Positions 53,774 to 63,659 of a stretch of DNA of 64,000 nt are shown in pieces. This stretch comes from a virus. Its lineage: Duplodnaviria; Caudoviricetes. The stretch's first letter is position 1, and every line of letters starts with the position of its first letter. A program made the position numbers and the translations under genes. Location of the stretch: IMG/VR virus record IMGVR_UViG_3300025018_002598, positions 19,340 to 83,339 of that record; one strand, 5' to 3'. The notes beneath the pieces are model-generated. The model was not told the origin of the DNA, did not search any database, and saw only the letters and a program-made list of their open reading frames with translations.

Positions 53774-55082
53774 TGTTTTCGTCTTCATCATTGGAGTTGT
53801 CGAAAGAAGGTGGATCTACTGTCGCTGTAATATATCTAAATGGATCTTTTGAAGATACAAATTCAACAGGAAAGTCGTTGTCCTTAACTCTTAAAACAAC
53901 ATCTTCAGAAGAATATCTAGTTGCGATTTCTTTGATACTGTCAATAGTTAAGATGATTGTAATATCTACATCTCCAGTAACCTGAGAGTCATCAAGTTCT
54001 AGATCGAGTTCGTCTGAGTTGACGACGCCTCCACCTTCAATTCTTTGAACGCTGAAGATTATTTTTTTATTTTCTGTATTTAAGCGAATCTTAATTCCGA
54101 ATTTACCACCAAGGGTTGCAGTAGATGTCTTTACGCAATCCAAAAGGGTTTTTCTAGGAATAGTAAAAGATGCTTCTTGTGTATCAGAAACATTGTTGGA
54201 AATAGTTCTCCAGTCGAAAACTTCAGTTTCGTCATCTAAACCAAATTGAACAGAGGGAATAGCGTGCCACTGATCGTCTTGTTCTAGGATGATGAATTTA
54301 CTTCCAGATCTGACAGTAACGGGCTTGTCTAATGACAAAGCTTTTATGGCGGCAACAAGAGTGGTTTTAATTGGAGATACAGTGAAGGGACTTTCCTTTT
54401 CCTTATCTCTTTCCAATCCTTCTCTGTCGAACCAACAAATCTTAGACTTGTCTGTTGCACAACATGCTACGGAGTCAGAATAGATTTCGAGGAAACATCC
54501 CCAGAATTGACGATGCTTTTCATCCATTGATGATGCGAACTCAACTGCCATAATTGCCTTTTCTAACTTATCGGCACCAATAGAAACTTCTTTTCTGTCT
54601 TCATCTGGAGGATTGGCGTTAAAGTAAGAGGGAGACTTAATCAAATACTGGTTTGTTCGCTTTTGAGTCTTGCCGTTAGAGAGTTTTTGAGAGAATGAAG
54701 TAATTAAGTTTTTAGCTTCATCTTTTCCGTCACTATTTTTAGAACTCTGAACTGTGAAGTTTACATTTATACTTTCTGGATATGCATTGATTAGATTGAT
54801 CAATGGGTGTCCATCTACAAATAACTCACCTTCTTCTTCAACATCAAAAAGTTTATTGTGGTCATCACCGACCAGTCCTTCAAAGTAATCTTGACTGATA
54901 CTTGTGGATGCCCATGCGGTCGTATTTGTAACTGTAAATTTTAATACATTTTTTCCGTTTTCTTTCTTTGCTTGAATAAGCATTGTTGAAAACTCTTCTT
55001 CTTCGGGCTTACCAATAGCCTTTGAAACTTTAAGTCTGTTCAAAGCCTTGGCTAATTCATTTTGTCTAACATGAAATTTCAT
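53736..55082 (-). CDS. dnaN: Sliding clamp (DnaN/beta)-like protein
   Basis: MKFHVRQNELAKAL start, ATDKSKI, three-domain size with insertions, and PVEF C-terminus. Confidence 0.7.
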   Translation of the reverse strand: MKFHVRQNELAKALNRLKVSKAIGKPEEEEFSTMLIQAKKENGKNVLKFTVTNTTAWASTSISQDYFEGLVGDDHNKLFDVEEEGELFVDGHPLINLINAYPESINVNFTVQSSKNSDGKDEAKNLITSFSQKLSNGKTQKRTNQYLIKSPSYFNANPPDEDRKEVSIGADKLEKAIMAVEFASSMDEKHRQFWGCFLEIYSDSVACCATDKSKICWFDREGLERDKEKESPFTVSPIKTTLVAAIKALSLDKPVTVRSGSKFIILEQDDQWHAIPSVQFGLDDETEVFDWRTISNNVSDTQEASFTIPRKTLLDCVKTSTATLGGKFGIKIRLNTENKKIIFSVQRIEGGGVVNSDELDLELDDSQVTGDVDITIILTIDSIKEIATRYSSEDVVLRVKDNDFPVEFVSSKDPFRYITATVDPPSFDNSNDEDENNGEENNEDSSEE

Positions 55083-55123
55083 CTAACATTCTCCATTAGG
55101 AATTTTAATCTTTCTACGATTGA

Positions 55124-55748
55124 TTATTTGAGGCCAGTATTTTTTTGTGATGCAAGGGACAATAAACGAAAAGTCCATGAACGCCGACTTAGAGGCTTAT
55201 ACATATCGTCTCCTCCAACAATTTTATCTTCTCCTTCTTTTCTAAAGCCATCATCTAGGAAGGTCATAGTAGCCGTATCCTCTTTAGTATCACAGCAAAT
55301 GGCTGTAAATTTTTCAACCTCATTGGCCACACACATCGCTTGTCCCATAACTTGAAAGGGGTTTCCTTGATATCTCAAATCGAGTCCAGAAACAACTACA
55401 TCGGTTCCATTGTAAACTGACCATCGAAGCATTGCTTGTGCCCACTTTATGTTTGACGGATCTGTTTCGAAAAAGTGAAATTCATCAAACGCTAAAAGAT
55501 GTAAGTTATTTTCTCCCTGATCTCCGATAGAGTATTTATTTACTTCCATCTCAACTTCGTCAAGAGAAGAAACCTGAATGACATTGTTTTTGATGGAACT
55601 TCCATTTCTAGACTTTACTGAGTCTTTATCTCTAGTGTCAAACTTTGGTTTTATTATTAAGGTATTTTTTCCCGCTATATTGTATTTATCAACGCAATTT
55701 ATAAGTGCTTGCGATTTTCCTGATCTCATTGGACCCCTCTCTATTCAC
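55124..55748 (-). CDS. tdk: Thymidine kinase with a frame-disrupted 5' end
   Basis: GPMRSGKS, KPKFDTR, FDEFHFF, GLDLRYQGNPF and YKPLSR. The coupled GTG at 55748 is 1 nt out of frame with GPM, and the in-frame ORF is 55124..55729. Confidence 0.8.
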
Positions 55749-56271
55749 TTTTCGCTCCTTAATTTCTTTAGAAAATCATCTAAAACATTCGCATTCCCTA
55801 GATTGTATATCTTAATACTATGTTTTCTTGCCAGTCGAATGGCCCATCTTGTACCACCTAAATCTTTACCGTCTGGCGTCCAACAAATAACAGCGTTTGA
55901 TGGTTTGTTTAGATCTTTTCCGAGAACTTGACACATGTTTCTCTCTATGAAATTCCAAACCCAATCTTTAGAATTCATATTGAAATCTTGGTATTCTTCA
56001 ACCAAATCTCTTGCAATTATTTTTGCTTTTTCTGAAATTACATAAACATCATCTTTTGTAGATTCTCTATTCCATTTTTTACCAAAATTTTTCCAAGGAA
56101 GATATATTTCTTTATTTCCACCAACGGAGATACATCCCTTTTCGAAAGCAGAGTCTGCCCCCAATGCGTCCAACCCTTTAGGGCTAACTTAGAACCAATC
56201 TCTTCCATTAAGGATTCGATACTTACGGGCAATTCTCTCGAACCAATACCTGTATATATTTTTTTAGGCAT
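55745..56271 (-). pseudogene. DprA/Smf-like SLOG-family protein split by a frameshifting deletion
   Basis: Frame 1 reads IYTGIGSRELP...KGWT and frame 2 reads ALGADSAFEKG...CWTPDG..GGT. The usual LRSGG between them is absent. Confidence 0.75.
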
Positions 56272-57167
56272 TAAAATATTTCTTTCTTTTCATTCGGGTT
56301 GTATTGTAAGATGTCGGCCTTCTTGGAATTTTCCTTCAGTCCGTTGATGTTCTTTATATTATGAATGTCTTTTGTTCGAACAGAGTTGGAAAATTTGTCA
56401 TATATTTTTTTACAGTTAGATTGTAAAATATCACAATAAATAAATCTTCTCCCCATAGTAAAGGCAGATTCACAATTAACGCCATCTCCTCCAAAAGGAT
56501 CGAAAACTATTTGACCTTCTTTGGAATAGGAGCCTATAAAATATTCTGAAACTTCAGAAGGGAAATCAGTATCTTTTTTTTCTTTGGATATTATGTAATT
56601 TAAAGGTTCTGTTCCCATTTTTTCATAAGCGTGTGAGAATGCATTATCATCCAAAACATGTTTAATTGCATTCTTATATGGAACTCTAAGAAAATCTTTG
56701 TTGTAATTTAATTTTTTAGAATTTGAATTCAGAATATAACAAGTCTCATGTGCGTTAACGCCATGTCTTGATCTTTGATTTTTAAATAGATCGCTTTTAA
56801 TCCAAGGAACCTTATCTACTAAGTTAAGGTAACTCTTCTCTATTACTTTTTGAATTATTTTTTCAGAATAGAAAAGAGCATATCCATCTCTATATTTCTC
56901 TCGGAAGATGAGGATAATGGCGCTACCTTCCTGAGTTTTAATTAAATAGTTCATTTCAGAAATGCATTGAACCATATAATCTATATACTGGTCTATCTCC
57001 AAAGAAGAGATAGAGAATTTATTTAATGAGTTAACAGGAGGTGGTGGTGATGTGATGATGAGATCTATAGAATCTTTAGGAAGATTTTGAATTACTCTCT
57101 TCGCATCACCACATATTATCCTAGACTCCTCTATTTCCTCTTTCTTGGTCGGGCAAGAAAAGTTCAT
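56271..57167 (-). CDS. N4/N6 DNA methyltransferase-fold protein with degenerate catalytic motifs
   Basis: DLIITSPPP (normally SPPY) and VFDPFGGDGV (normally DPFxGSGTT). Confidence 0.75.
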   Translation of the reverse strand: MNFSCPTKKEEIEESRIICGDAKRVIQNLPKDSIDLIITSPPPPVNSLNKFSISSLEIDQYIDYMVQCISEMNYLIKTQEGSAIILIFREKYRDGYALFYSEKIIQKVIEKSYLNLVDKVPWIKSDLFKNQRSRHGVNAHETCYILNSNSKKLNYNKDFLRVPYKNAIKHVLDDNAFSHAYEKMGTEPLNYIISKEKKDTDFPSEVSEYFIGSYSKEGQIVFDPFGGDGVNCESAFTMGRRFIYCDILQSNCKKIYDKFSNSVRTKDIHNIKNINGLKENSKKADILQYNPNEKKEIF

Positions 57168-57169
57168 TT

Positions 57170-57721
57170 TTAGAAGGGTTCTGGGCCATTATTATCTCTA
57201 GATTGAGAATCGTCTGCCCATATTGGTACTTCATTCTTAGGAATGACCATTGGACGTGCTGTTGGATTTAATGCCTGACTTAAATTAACAGGAGCTGGTC
57301 TTTGAGTAGGAATGTCTTGATTACTCATAGGTCCAGAATCATTATCCATTAAGTGTTTTGTTTGAATTGGTTTAGCCCGAGGTTCCGACTCTTCTCTGTG
57401 GACAGGTGGAGGCGGCGGTGGAGCATCAGCAAAGGTGATTGTAGAGTGTGCAGCACTTTGAACGAGAGCCTCTTCTTCTGAAACCTCTTTTGTTTCAAGA
57501 ATCTCTACATGTGCTGGCTTTCTTGAAGGTAGAGAGATCGCTTCTATTCCATGTCTAACGACTTTCTCAGCCTTTGGAAGATGCCTATCCGATAGAGAAT
57601 ATCCATCCTCATCTGTAGTCATAGTCTTTCTAGTTTCTACAACCTTAACTCTAGTTACTTCATATTCAACCTCATAATCATAGGCTGGGTGAAGTTTATA
57701 TTTTGTAATTATTTTTGGCAT
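57170..57721 (-). CDS. Pro-rich hypothetical protein
   Basis: 183 aa. Confidence 0.55.
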   Translation of the reverse strand: MPKIITKYKLHPAYDYEVEYEVTRVKVVETRKTMTTDEDGYSLSDRHLPKAEKVVRHGIEAISLPSRKPAHVEILETKEVSEEEALVQSAAHSTITFADAPPPPPPVHREESEPRAKPIQTKHLMDNDSGPMSNQDIPTQRPAPVNLSQALNPTARPMVIPKNEVPIWADDSQSRDNNGPEPF

Positions 57722-57752
57722 ATCAAAGTCTCCATTTTTGTTTGCAAAAGAT

Positions 57753-58625
57753 TTAGAACTTTATCATTATACGAGTCTTTGAAGTGGCCTTATTTTCAGG
57801 ATTTGAATTTTTTAACTTCTTTCTTTCTTTTGTTTTTTTTCTTTTTCTTTCAATTATATTGGGATCTAAGCCTTCCCTTTGTAATACTTTTCTTATCTTC
57901 GGTCGGCTCCTCCAAATAGCATTGTCAACTGCTTTTGGATCTAAAATTTTTCTATTTAAAGTAGTGTCAACTTTATATAATTTTAATTTTTTTGCTATTT
58001 CTTTATAACTCAAGTGTTCAAAATATCTTAAATAAAAAACACTCGATTCTAATTCCGACAATACTTTTGTGACGCTTTCAAAAAGATAATTTTCATAATC
58101 TTTTTGAATTATATCTAAGGGTGGACAAGAGCTTATATTTGAATTGTCACCACTTTCAGTTATTGTCTCTAGGAAAGTAATACACTCTCCATCTTGATTT
58201 TTCGTTTCATCGTTTAGGCTGTAAGCCTTGTTTAATACTTTTTTCTTTTGTGTCTGTTCGCTGTTTATCCTTGTTATTATGTGCTTGTTCATCGCATCTT
58301 GAGCAAAAGAGTTAAAACTTCCTTTTGATTCATCATATTTGTCTATGACATTTATTAGTTTAATTGCGCATTCTTGAGCCACATCTTGTGCTTCAGAACC
58401 TTGAATGAAATATTGAGACATTATATAACATATGCTATTATGCATGTGACTTAAGATCTTTTCGAAAGACCTTTCATCCCCTGCTTTGGCCTTAATTATT
58501 TCTATTTCAAGTTCTTCTTTTTCAAGTTTTTGCGGTTTTATACCAACAATCGGATTAAGGAAGAATTCCTCTGGTGAAGAAGCGTCATTATCGTCGTCAT
58601 CATCATAGAAATTGGAATTCTGCAT
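57753..58625 (-). CDS. RNA polymerase sigma factor, SigH (Spo0H)-like
   Basis: YFIQGSEAQDVAQE...DKYD...SFNSFA...IIT...LN..YSL and LSELE..V...SYKEIA...KAVDNAIWR. Confidence 0.85.
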   Translation of the reverse strand: MQNSNFYDDDDDNDASSPEEFFLNPIVGIKPQKLEKEELEIEIIKAKAGDERSFEKILSHMHNSICYIMSQYFIQGSEAQDVAQECAIKLINVIDKYDESKGSFNSFAQDAMNKHIITRINSEQTQKKKVLNKAYSLNDETKNQDGECITFLETITESGDNSNISSCPPLDIIQKDYENYLFESVTKVLSELESSVFYLRYFEHLSYKEIAKKLKLYKVDTTLNRKILDPKAVDNAIWRSRPKIRKVLQREGLDPNIIERKRKKTKERKKLKNSNPENKATSKTRIMIKF

Positions 58626-58672
58626 AAAATATACCCCCTGGAAAATACATCTGTCCAGAAGGTATATATTTT
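58626..58672 (-). terminator. Possible terminator hairpin
   Basis: ATATACC-CCCTGGA / TCCAGAA-GGTATAT between dnaX and the sigma gene. Confidence 0.45.
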
Positions 58673-58692
58673 AATTTGGCCTTATTGGCACA

Positions 58693-59802
58693 TTATTTTT
58701 TATTTCTTTCTAACAATCCTATAATTTCTATAATACAAACATCCAAACTAAGATCGATTTTGGGTTTAAAATCTATGTTTGTAAGGTTCTCTTCGAGAGT
58801 TCTATATATCATTACAAAATCTTCCAAGGGCGTTGAATCTCTTTGCTTTAGCCAACCCTTTTCGATAGATTTTTCAATGTAAAGGTGATCGTGTTTGCTA
58901 ATATATTTACTCAACATAGTGTCGTGAATGTATTGTAAATACCCCATAAAAATTTCTTTAGAATCTTTTCCAATTCTTTGAGCTTTTTTTATGTGAACTA
59001 TCGCTGGAACTTTTTTATTTGCCAAAATCAATTCATTAAGTTCGTAGAAATATGAAAAACTGGTGTATCCAACAATCTCTTCAACTTGTTTAACTGTGAT
59101 CTTTCCTTCGATTCTATTCAATACAGAATCAAGAACACTTAGAGCATCACGACAAGAACCATCTGCTGCTCTTGCAATTATCTGTAAAGCACCGTCTTCA
59201 ATGTCCTTGAATCCTTCTTGTCCACAAACCCAATTAAGATGATCGGTAATCTGCTTAATGGTTAAGTCTCGTAAGTCAAATCTTTGACATCTAGATTGAA
59301 TTGTCTTCAGTATCTTTTGAGGGTCTGTTGTGCATAATATAAAGATTGTATTTTTCGGAGGTTCTTCTAAAACCTTAAGTAGAACAGAAGAGGCATCTTT
59401 TCTTAAGCAGTGAACCTCATCTATAATGAGAACTCTTTTTTTGCCAACAACTGGATTTCTTTGAGCTAGTTCTCTAATCTCTCTAACGTCATCAATAGAT
59501 GAATTTGAAGCAGCATCCATCTCGATTACGTCAGGACAATTTCCACTAATTATCATCTTACAGATATTTGAATTTGTATCATAGTCAACTGAAGGTCCAT
59601 CATCACAATTGAATATCAAGGACAAGAGTCGAGCAAAGGTCGTTTTCCCAGTACCTCTGGTTCCAGTAAACAGATAGGCATGTCTCAATCTTCCTTTTTT
59701 ACATGCATTCTCTATTGTCTGTTTAACATGATCTTGACCTACGACTTGTTGCATTTTCTTAGGTCTATATTTTTGATATAGTGCTTTTTGTTGTTCTGCC
59801 AT
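58693..59802 (-). CDS. dnaX: DNA polymerase III gamma/tau clamp-loader ATPase
   Basis: LYQKYRPK, VGQDHV, GTRGTGKTT, EMDAAS, IIDEVH, LKVLEEPP, TIQSRCQRF. Confidence 0.93.
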   Translation of the reverse strand: MAEQQKALYQKYRPKKMQQVVGQDHVKQTIENACKKGRLRHAYLFTGTRGTGKTTFARLLSLIFNCDDGPSVDYDTNSNICKMIISGNCPDVIEMDAASNSSIDDVREIRELAQRNPVVGKKRVLIIDEVHCLRKDASSVLLKVLEEPPKNTIFILCTTDPQKILKTIQSRCQRFDLRDLTIKQITDHLNWVCGQEGFKDIEDGALQIIARAADGSCRDALSVLDSVLNRIEGKITVKQVEEIVGYTSFSYFYELNELILANKKVPAIVHIKKAQRIGKDSKEIFMGYLQYIHDTMLSKYISKHDHLYIEKSIEKGWLKQRDSTPLEDFVMIYRTLEENLTNIDFKPKIDLSLDVCIIEIIGLLERNKK

Positions 59803-59809
59803 TATTATC

Positions 59810-60064
59810 TCACAATTCTTCTTTTTTTAAGCCTATTTCGTAATTCTTTAAGGCTTCTTCACGAGAAGTTGTCCCAAAGATATGTTCCTTATCTATATCA
59901 TCATAAGAGTCCCAACCTATCAACTGCACTAGGCCACATTCATGACACTTAAAGGCTGGAGAAACATCATCCTTTGTAATGTCAGAAACATCACCATCGT
60001 TTAAAAAGTTAGGAGAGTTACATCCACAACACCAAATCTTATATATGGTTTCAAATTATGTCAC
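59810..60064 (-). pseudogene. Cys-rich small ORF with an in-frame TAA at codon 3
   Basis: GTG ACA TAA TTT GAA..., then ETIYKIWCCGCNSPNF...FKCHECG...EEALKNYEIGLKKEEL*. The GTG overlaps the folA stop. Confidence 0.45.
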
Positions 60065-60549
60065 TCTTTAGTCCATATATCCAAACGGAAACCATCTCTT
60101 TGTTCTCTTTTTTCTAAATTCCAGTCGTCTAATAGAAAATTAAAAAACAAACAAGAATCATTCTGTTCTACTTCAGTATCTATAGTAGAAAGGTAAATTC
60201 TTTTTATAACATTTCCCTTTAGTGCTTGTTCGTAAATCTCTGAACCACCTATGATAAATATTTCTTTACCACCTGATCGATCAAATGCTAATTGATATGC
60301 ATGAGGAAGGCTGTGACACACAATGACTCCACTGGGTGCTTCGTAGCCTTCTTGTGAAGTCACTACAATATGGGTTCTTTTCGGTAGGATTCCATGTAAG
60401 GATTCAAAAGTTTTTCTACCCATAATTATTGGAGAATTCAAAGTTGTCTCTTTGAAGTGCTTGAAGTCGTCTTTGCAATACCAAGGTATTTTACCGTCCT
60501 TTGCAATGACTCCATTTTTATCTGTTGCTACAATAATATTAAACATCAT
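60061..60549 (-). CDS. folA: Dihydrofolate reductase
   Basis: IVATDKNGVIAKDGKIPW, DFKHFK, IMGRKTFES, LPKR, IIGGSEIY. Confidence 0.95.
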   Translation of the reverse strand: MMFNIIVATDKNGVIAKDGKIPWYCKDDFKHFKETTLNSPIIMGRKTFESLHGILPKRTHIVVTSQEGYEAPSGVIVCHSLPHAYQLAFDRSGGKEIFIIGGSEIYEQALKGNVIKRIYLSTIDTEVEQNDSCLFFNFLLDDWNLEKREQRDGFRLDIWTKE

Positions 60550-60740
60550 TTTACCTTTTGAAATGAGAATTCTCTATCTGGATATTTGTTTTCAATTTCT
60601 TTTTCTAAATCATTATTTCTTTCGGAAAGGTAAATATAAACTATGTCATTGAAAAAACCACAGCCAACAACTTCGTTTACCTTTGTTACATAATTTAATG
60701 AGATGTCTAAATTCAATCTCAAGATCTCTTCTTTACTCAT
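60546..60740 (-). CDS. Small hypothetical protein
   Basis: 64 aa with GGAG RBS. Confidence 0.5.
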   Translation of the reverse strand: MSKEEILRLNLDISLNYVTKVNEVVGCGFFNDIVYIYLSERNNDLEKEIENKYPDREFSFQKVK

Positions 60741-60749
60741 ATCTATCTC

Positions 60750-61718
60750 CTAAACAGCCATCTTGGCTTTGATTGTAGATTGTGGATTATAATCTTCTAA
60801 GATTATATGTTCTGGTTTTATTTGAAAAATATCAGTAGGAGCGTCAGGATCTATTCTCAACTTAGGAAGATCATTCGGTTCTCTTTGTAACTGTTCTCTA
60901 ACTACATCGAAATGATTACTGTATATATGGCAATCAAATCCAAACCATACAAACTCTTTGGGGATTAAACCTGTGCAGTGAGCAACCATATAAGTCAACA
61001 GGGAGTAAGAAGCTATATTAAAGGGCACTCCAAGGAACATGTCTGAAGATCTCTGGTATAGAGAACAGGTCAAATATTTTCCTTCTTCTACTCCAAATTG
61101 AAATAAAATATGACAAGGTGGTAGGGCCATATCTTTTAATTGAAGTGGATTCCAAGCGGTAACAATATGCCTTCTCCCATTTGGATCTCTTTTTAATTCC
61201 TTAATCAAATCACTTATTTGATCTAAACCTTGGGAATTAAAATTTCTCCACTGATGTCCATATACTGGACCTAAGTCGCCTTCTTTTATATTGTTGTATC
61301 GAGAAACTTCACTATGGACGTGAGATACATATTCTGGAGACTCATACGATTCAGAGTCTTCATGAAGCGTGTATGAATTTTCATCAATCGGAATTGATAG
61401 TTGAGAAATCTCTTCTCTTAATTCTTTCTTCTTTGCTTGAATTTTATTCCAATAATCTTCGGCATTTGCATTCCAAATATTTACATTATTTTCTTTTAAA
61501 TAATCTATATTTATATCACCAGACAAAAACCAAAGAAGTTCGTGAATAATTCCGTTCCAATAAACTTTCTTAGTTGTTAGCAATGGGAAACCATCACTAA
61601 ATGGTGCCCTTATCATTTGTCCGAAGATTTTTTTAGTTCCGGTTCCAGTTCTGTCTCCAGAATCAGTTCCATTTTCCATTATATTATGTAGAGTATTTAG
61701 ATATTCTTTTTCAACCAC
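60750..61718 (-). CDS. thyA: Thymidylate synthase
   Basis: DRTGTGT, FPLLTTK, ELLWFL, GPVYGHQWR, LPPCH, YQRSSDMFLGVPFNIASY. Confidence 0.97.
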   Translation of the reverse strand: MVEKEYLNTLHNIMENGTDSGDRTGTGTKKIFGQMIRAPFSDGFPLLTTKKVYWNGIIHELLWFLSGDINIDYLKENNVNIWNANAEDYWNKIQAKKKELREEISQLSIPIDENSYTLHEDSESYESPEYVSHVHSEVSRYNNIKEGDLGPVYGHQWRNFNSQGLDQISDLIKELKRDPNGRRHIVTAWNPLQLKDMALPPCHILFQFGVEEGKYLTCSLYQRSSDMFLGVPFNIASYSLLTYMVAHCTGLIPKEFVWFGFDCHIYSNHFDVVREQLQREPNDLPKLRIDPDAPTDIFQIKPEHIILEDYNPQSTIKAKMAV

Positions 61719-61783
61719 GATTAACTCCTAAGTCATATTTTTTTATAGTTTTTTCTGTGTCTGGGATTGTCAAGTTATAGATT

Positions 61784-61890
61784 ACCGTTCTGTGAAACTT
61801 ACAAAAATCTACAAAAGATTCTCTGTTCACTTTCTGCTTCATCAAGATAGCAAATAATATTAATAAATTGATATTATTTGACTTACATTC
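61784..61890. repeat. 107-bp direct repeat, copy 1
   Basis: 61784-61856 is identical to 63894-63966 (73 bp), and TATTTGACTTACATTC at 61875-61890 matches 63985-64000. Confidence 0.95.
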
Positions 61891-62022
61891 TCTCCACAGA
61901 CTTTAATTTCCGTAGAACTTACGGTATTTTTCTGACTTTTACTACAAAATTTTAAACAAATATTTTATTCTTGGTTATCGAATTTAGTATTTATTTTTAT
62001 ATTTTTGTAGATTTTCAGTCAA

Positions 62023-63648
62023 CTATAGATTACCCTTAACAAATTCAGACATGATATTTGGAGTTGCTGTATCGAAACCAACGACATCAAGCGCACCCTT
62101 GTCGTCTGGATCAGCGATTGTGAATCCGTTAGATACCATACCAACAACGATTAGCTTGGCATCGATACCCATTTCATCACGATAACGCTTCAGGGCAGTC
62201 ATTGGCTGAACCCGATTGTAACCATTTGTTTCGGAGTCTGTGTAAACTACGAAAGCATCAAGTTCAACCTTGTTCTTAAGTGCCCAAAGCATTGGAAGTG
62301 AGCAATCAGTAGAACCCATTGACAAACGAGAAACCTTGTCAACGACAGTTTTAAGGTTCTGCTTTGGAGTGATATTGATTTCAGACATACCGCTACCAGA
62401 AGTGAATCCAGTAACCAAGTAGTTCTTTTCAGTTCTTGCAGTGACCATACTCATCGCAGCCGAAGCTACACGAGGAGTGATGTTAGTTCCTGCAATTGCA
62501 CCCGTTCCCATTGATCCAGAAACATCAAGTGCAAGCATCCAACGCTTACCAGTCGTTTCAATGTTCTTGAATGAAAGATAGAACGCTTCATCAAGAGCAT
62601 CGACAATCTTCTGGTTAGGAGTCCAAGTCAAACTACCTTTGAGTCCACGACCAGAGTTGTAGATACCTTGTGCATAAAGAATCGAGATCGGGTGAACACG
62701 ACCCTTAGCCAAGGCATTCGCATCAGTCAAACGCTCAACAACACGGTTAACTTCAGTGAAATTCTTAGAATCAAGAATTCCCTTTGCAGTTAGCTGATTC
62801 AAGTTACGAATCAGAGCTGTAACACCGAAGTTTTCAATCATGGATTCGTAAACCTTACGGCTACGCTTGTCTGTTGGGACAAATTCAAGACCAAGACGGT
62901 GCTCGTTCAAAAGTTCCACAATGCGGCTATCGGAATTAGTAGCTTTGATTTCTTCGTAAGCAGAAAGGACAGGAGAAGCATTTGCCAATACGTCAGCAGA
63001 AACTTCTTCAGGCTTTGTTGCCCACTTATAAACAGTGCTACGTGATTCATCATCACCAGGATTTACGTGTGCAAGACGAAGAACGTCACGATGGCTCCAA
63101 CCGTCACGGGATTGATACTTACCCATTTGGAAAGATACAGATTTTACATCTTTTTCGTTATACCAACGAGCTACGGCACGACGAAGACCACCAGACCAAC
63201 CAGCGAACTGTTCACGAAACTTAATGAAGTGGAAAAGGTGAGTACCGATACGTGCAACACGAGGAAGCGCAGAATATGCCGCTTTACGAGTTTCATCATT
63301 TCCGGTAGATGAGCACATTGCCAAAACAAAAAGTGCGTAATCGTTCTTTGGCGCACGTCCTTCTTCAGAGATCTGTGCAACTCGTTCTACAACGTAAGTT
63401 CCACGATCCTTGATAAGTCTTTTCACTGCGTCAAGGTTTTCTTTGGTCAAACTACGCTCTGAAGCATAGTAAGATCCACCTTCAGTTCCGAGGATGAGAA
63501 AACGTTCAAGGCGTTGTTCGTCACTTAAGCCGAAAACGAATGCTCCATCGCTGTTCTTAACCTGCTTTTTGGTCTTGCTTGCTTGACCCTGCTTCAGGTT
63601 CTTCTCTCTTTGACGGTCTCCTTCAAGACCAAGGCTTTTGTTTGCCAT
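62023..63648 (-). CDS. rsr: Ro60 / TROVE-vWA RNA-binding protein
   Basis: LERFLILGTEGGSYY, RIGTHLF, KYQSRDGWSHRDVLRLAH, VHPISIL, LALDVSGSM, TDCSLPM, YTDSET, VGFD. Start MANKSL follows a GAAAGGGG RBS. Confidence 0.95.
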   Translation of the reverse strand: MANKSLGLEGDRQREKNLKQGQASKTKKQVKNSDGAFVFGLSDEQRLERFLILGTEGGSYYASERSLTKENLDAVKRLIKDRGTYVVERVAQISEEGRAPKNDYALFVLAMCSSTGNDETRKAAYSALPRVARIGTHLFHFIKFREQFAGWSGGLRRAVARWYNEKDVKSVSFQMGKYQSRDGWSHRDVLRLAHVNPGDDESRSTVYKWATKPEEVSADVLANASPVLSAYEEIKATNSDSRIVELLNEHRLGLEFVPTDKRSRKVYESMIENFGVTALIRNLNQLTAKGILDSKNFTEVNRVVERLTDANALAKGRVHPISILYAQGIYNSGRGLKGSLTWTPNQKIVDALDEAFYLSFKNIETTGKRWMLALDVSGSMGTGAIAGTNITPRVASAAMSMVTARTEKNYLVTGFTSGSGMSEINITPKQNLKTVVDKVSRLSMGSTDCSLPMLWALKNKVELDAFVVYTDSETNGYNRVQPMTALKRYRDEMGIDAKLIVVGMVSNGFTIADPDDKGALDVVGFDTATPNIMSEFVKGNL

Positions 63649-63659
63649 TTTGCGACCCC

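Noticed and set aside
57689-58008. Plus-strand ORFs 57689..57919 and 57784..58008
   Set aside because: They are antisense shadows of the Lys-rich sigma-factor C-terminus.
61330-61500. Insertion of about 50 aa in ThyA relative to the E. coli enzyme
   Set aside because: Insertions at this position are already known in other thymidylate synthases (e.g. the Lactobacillus small domain).
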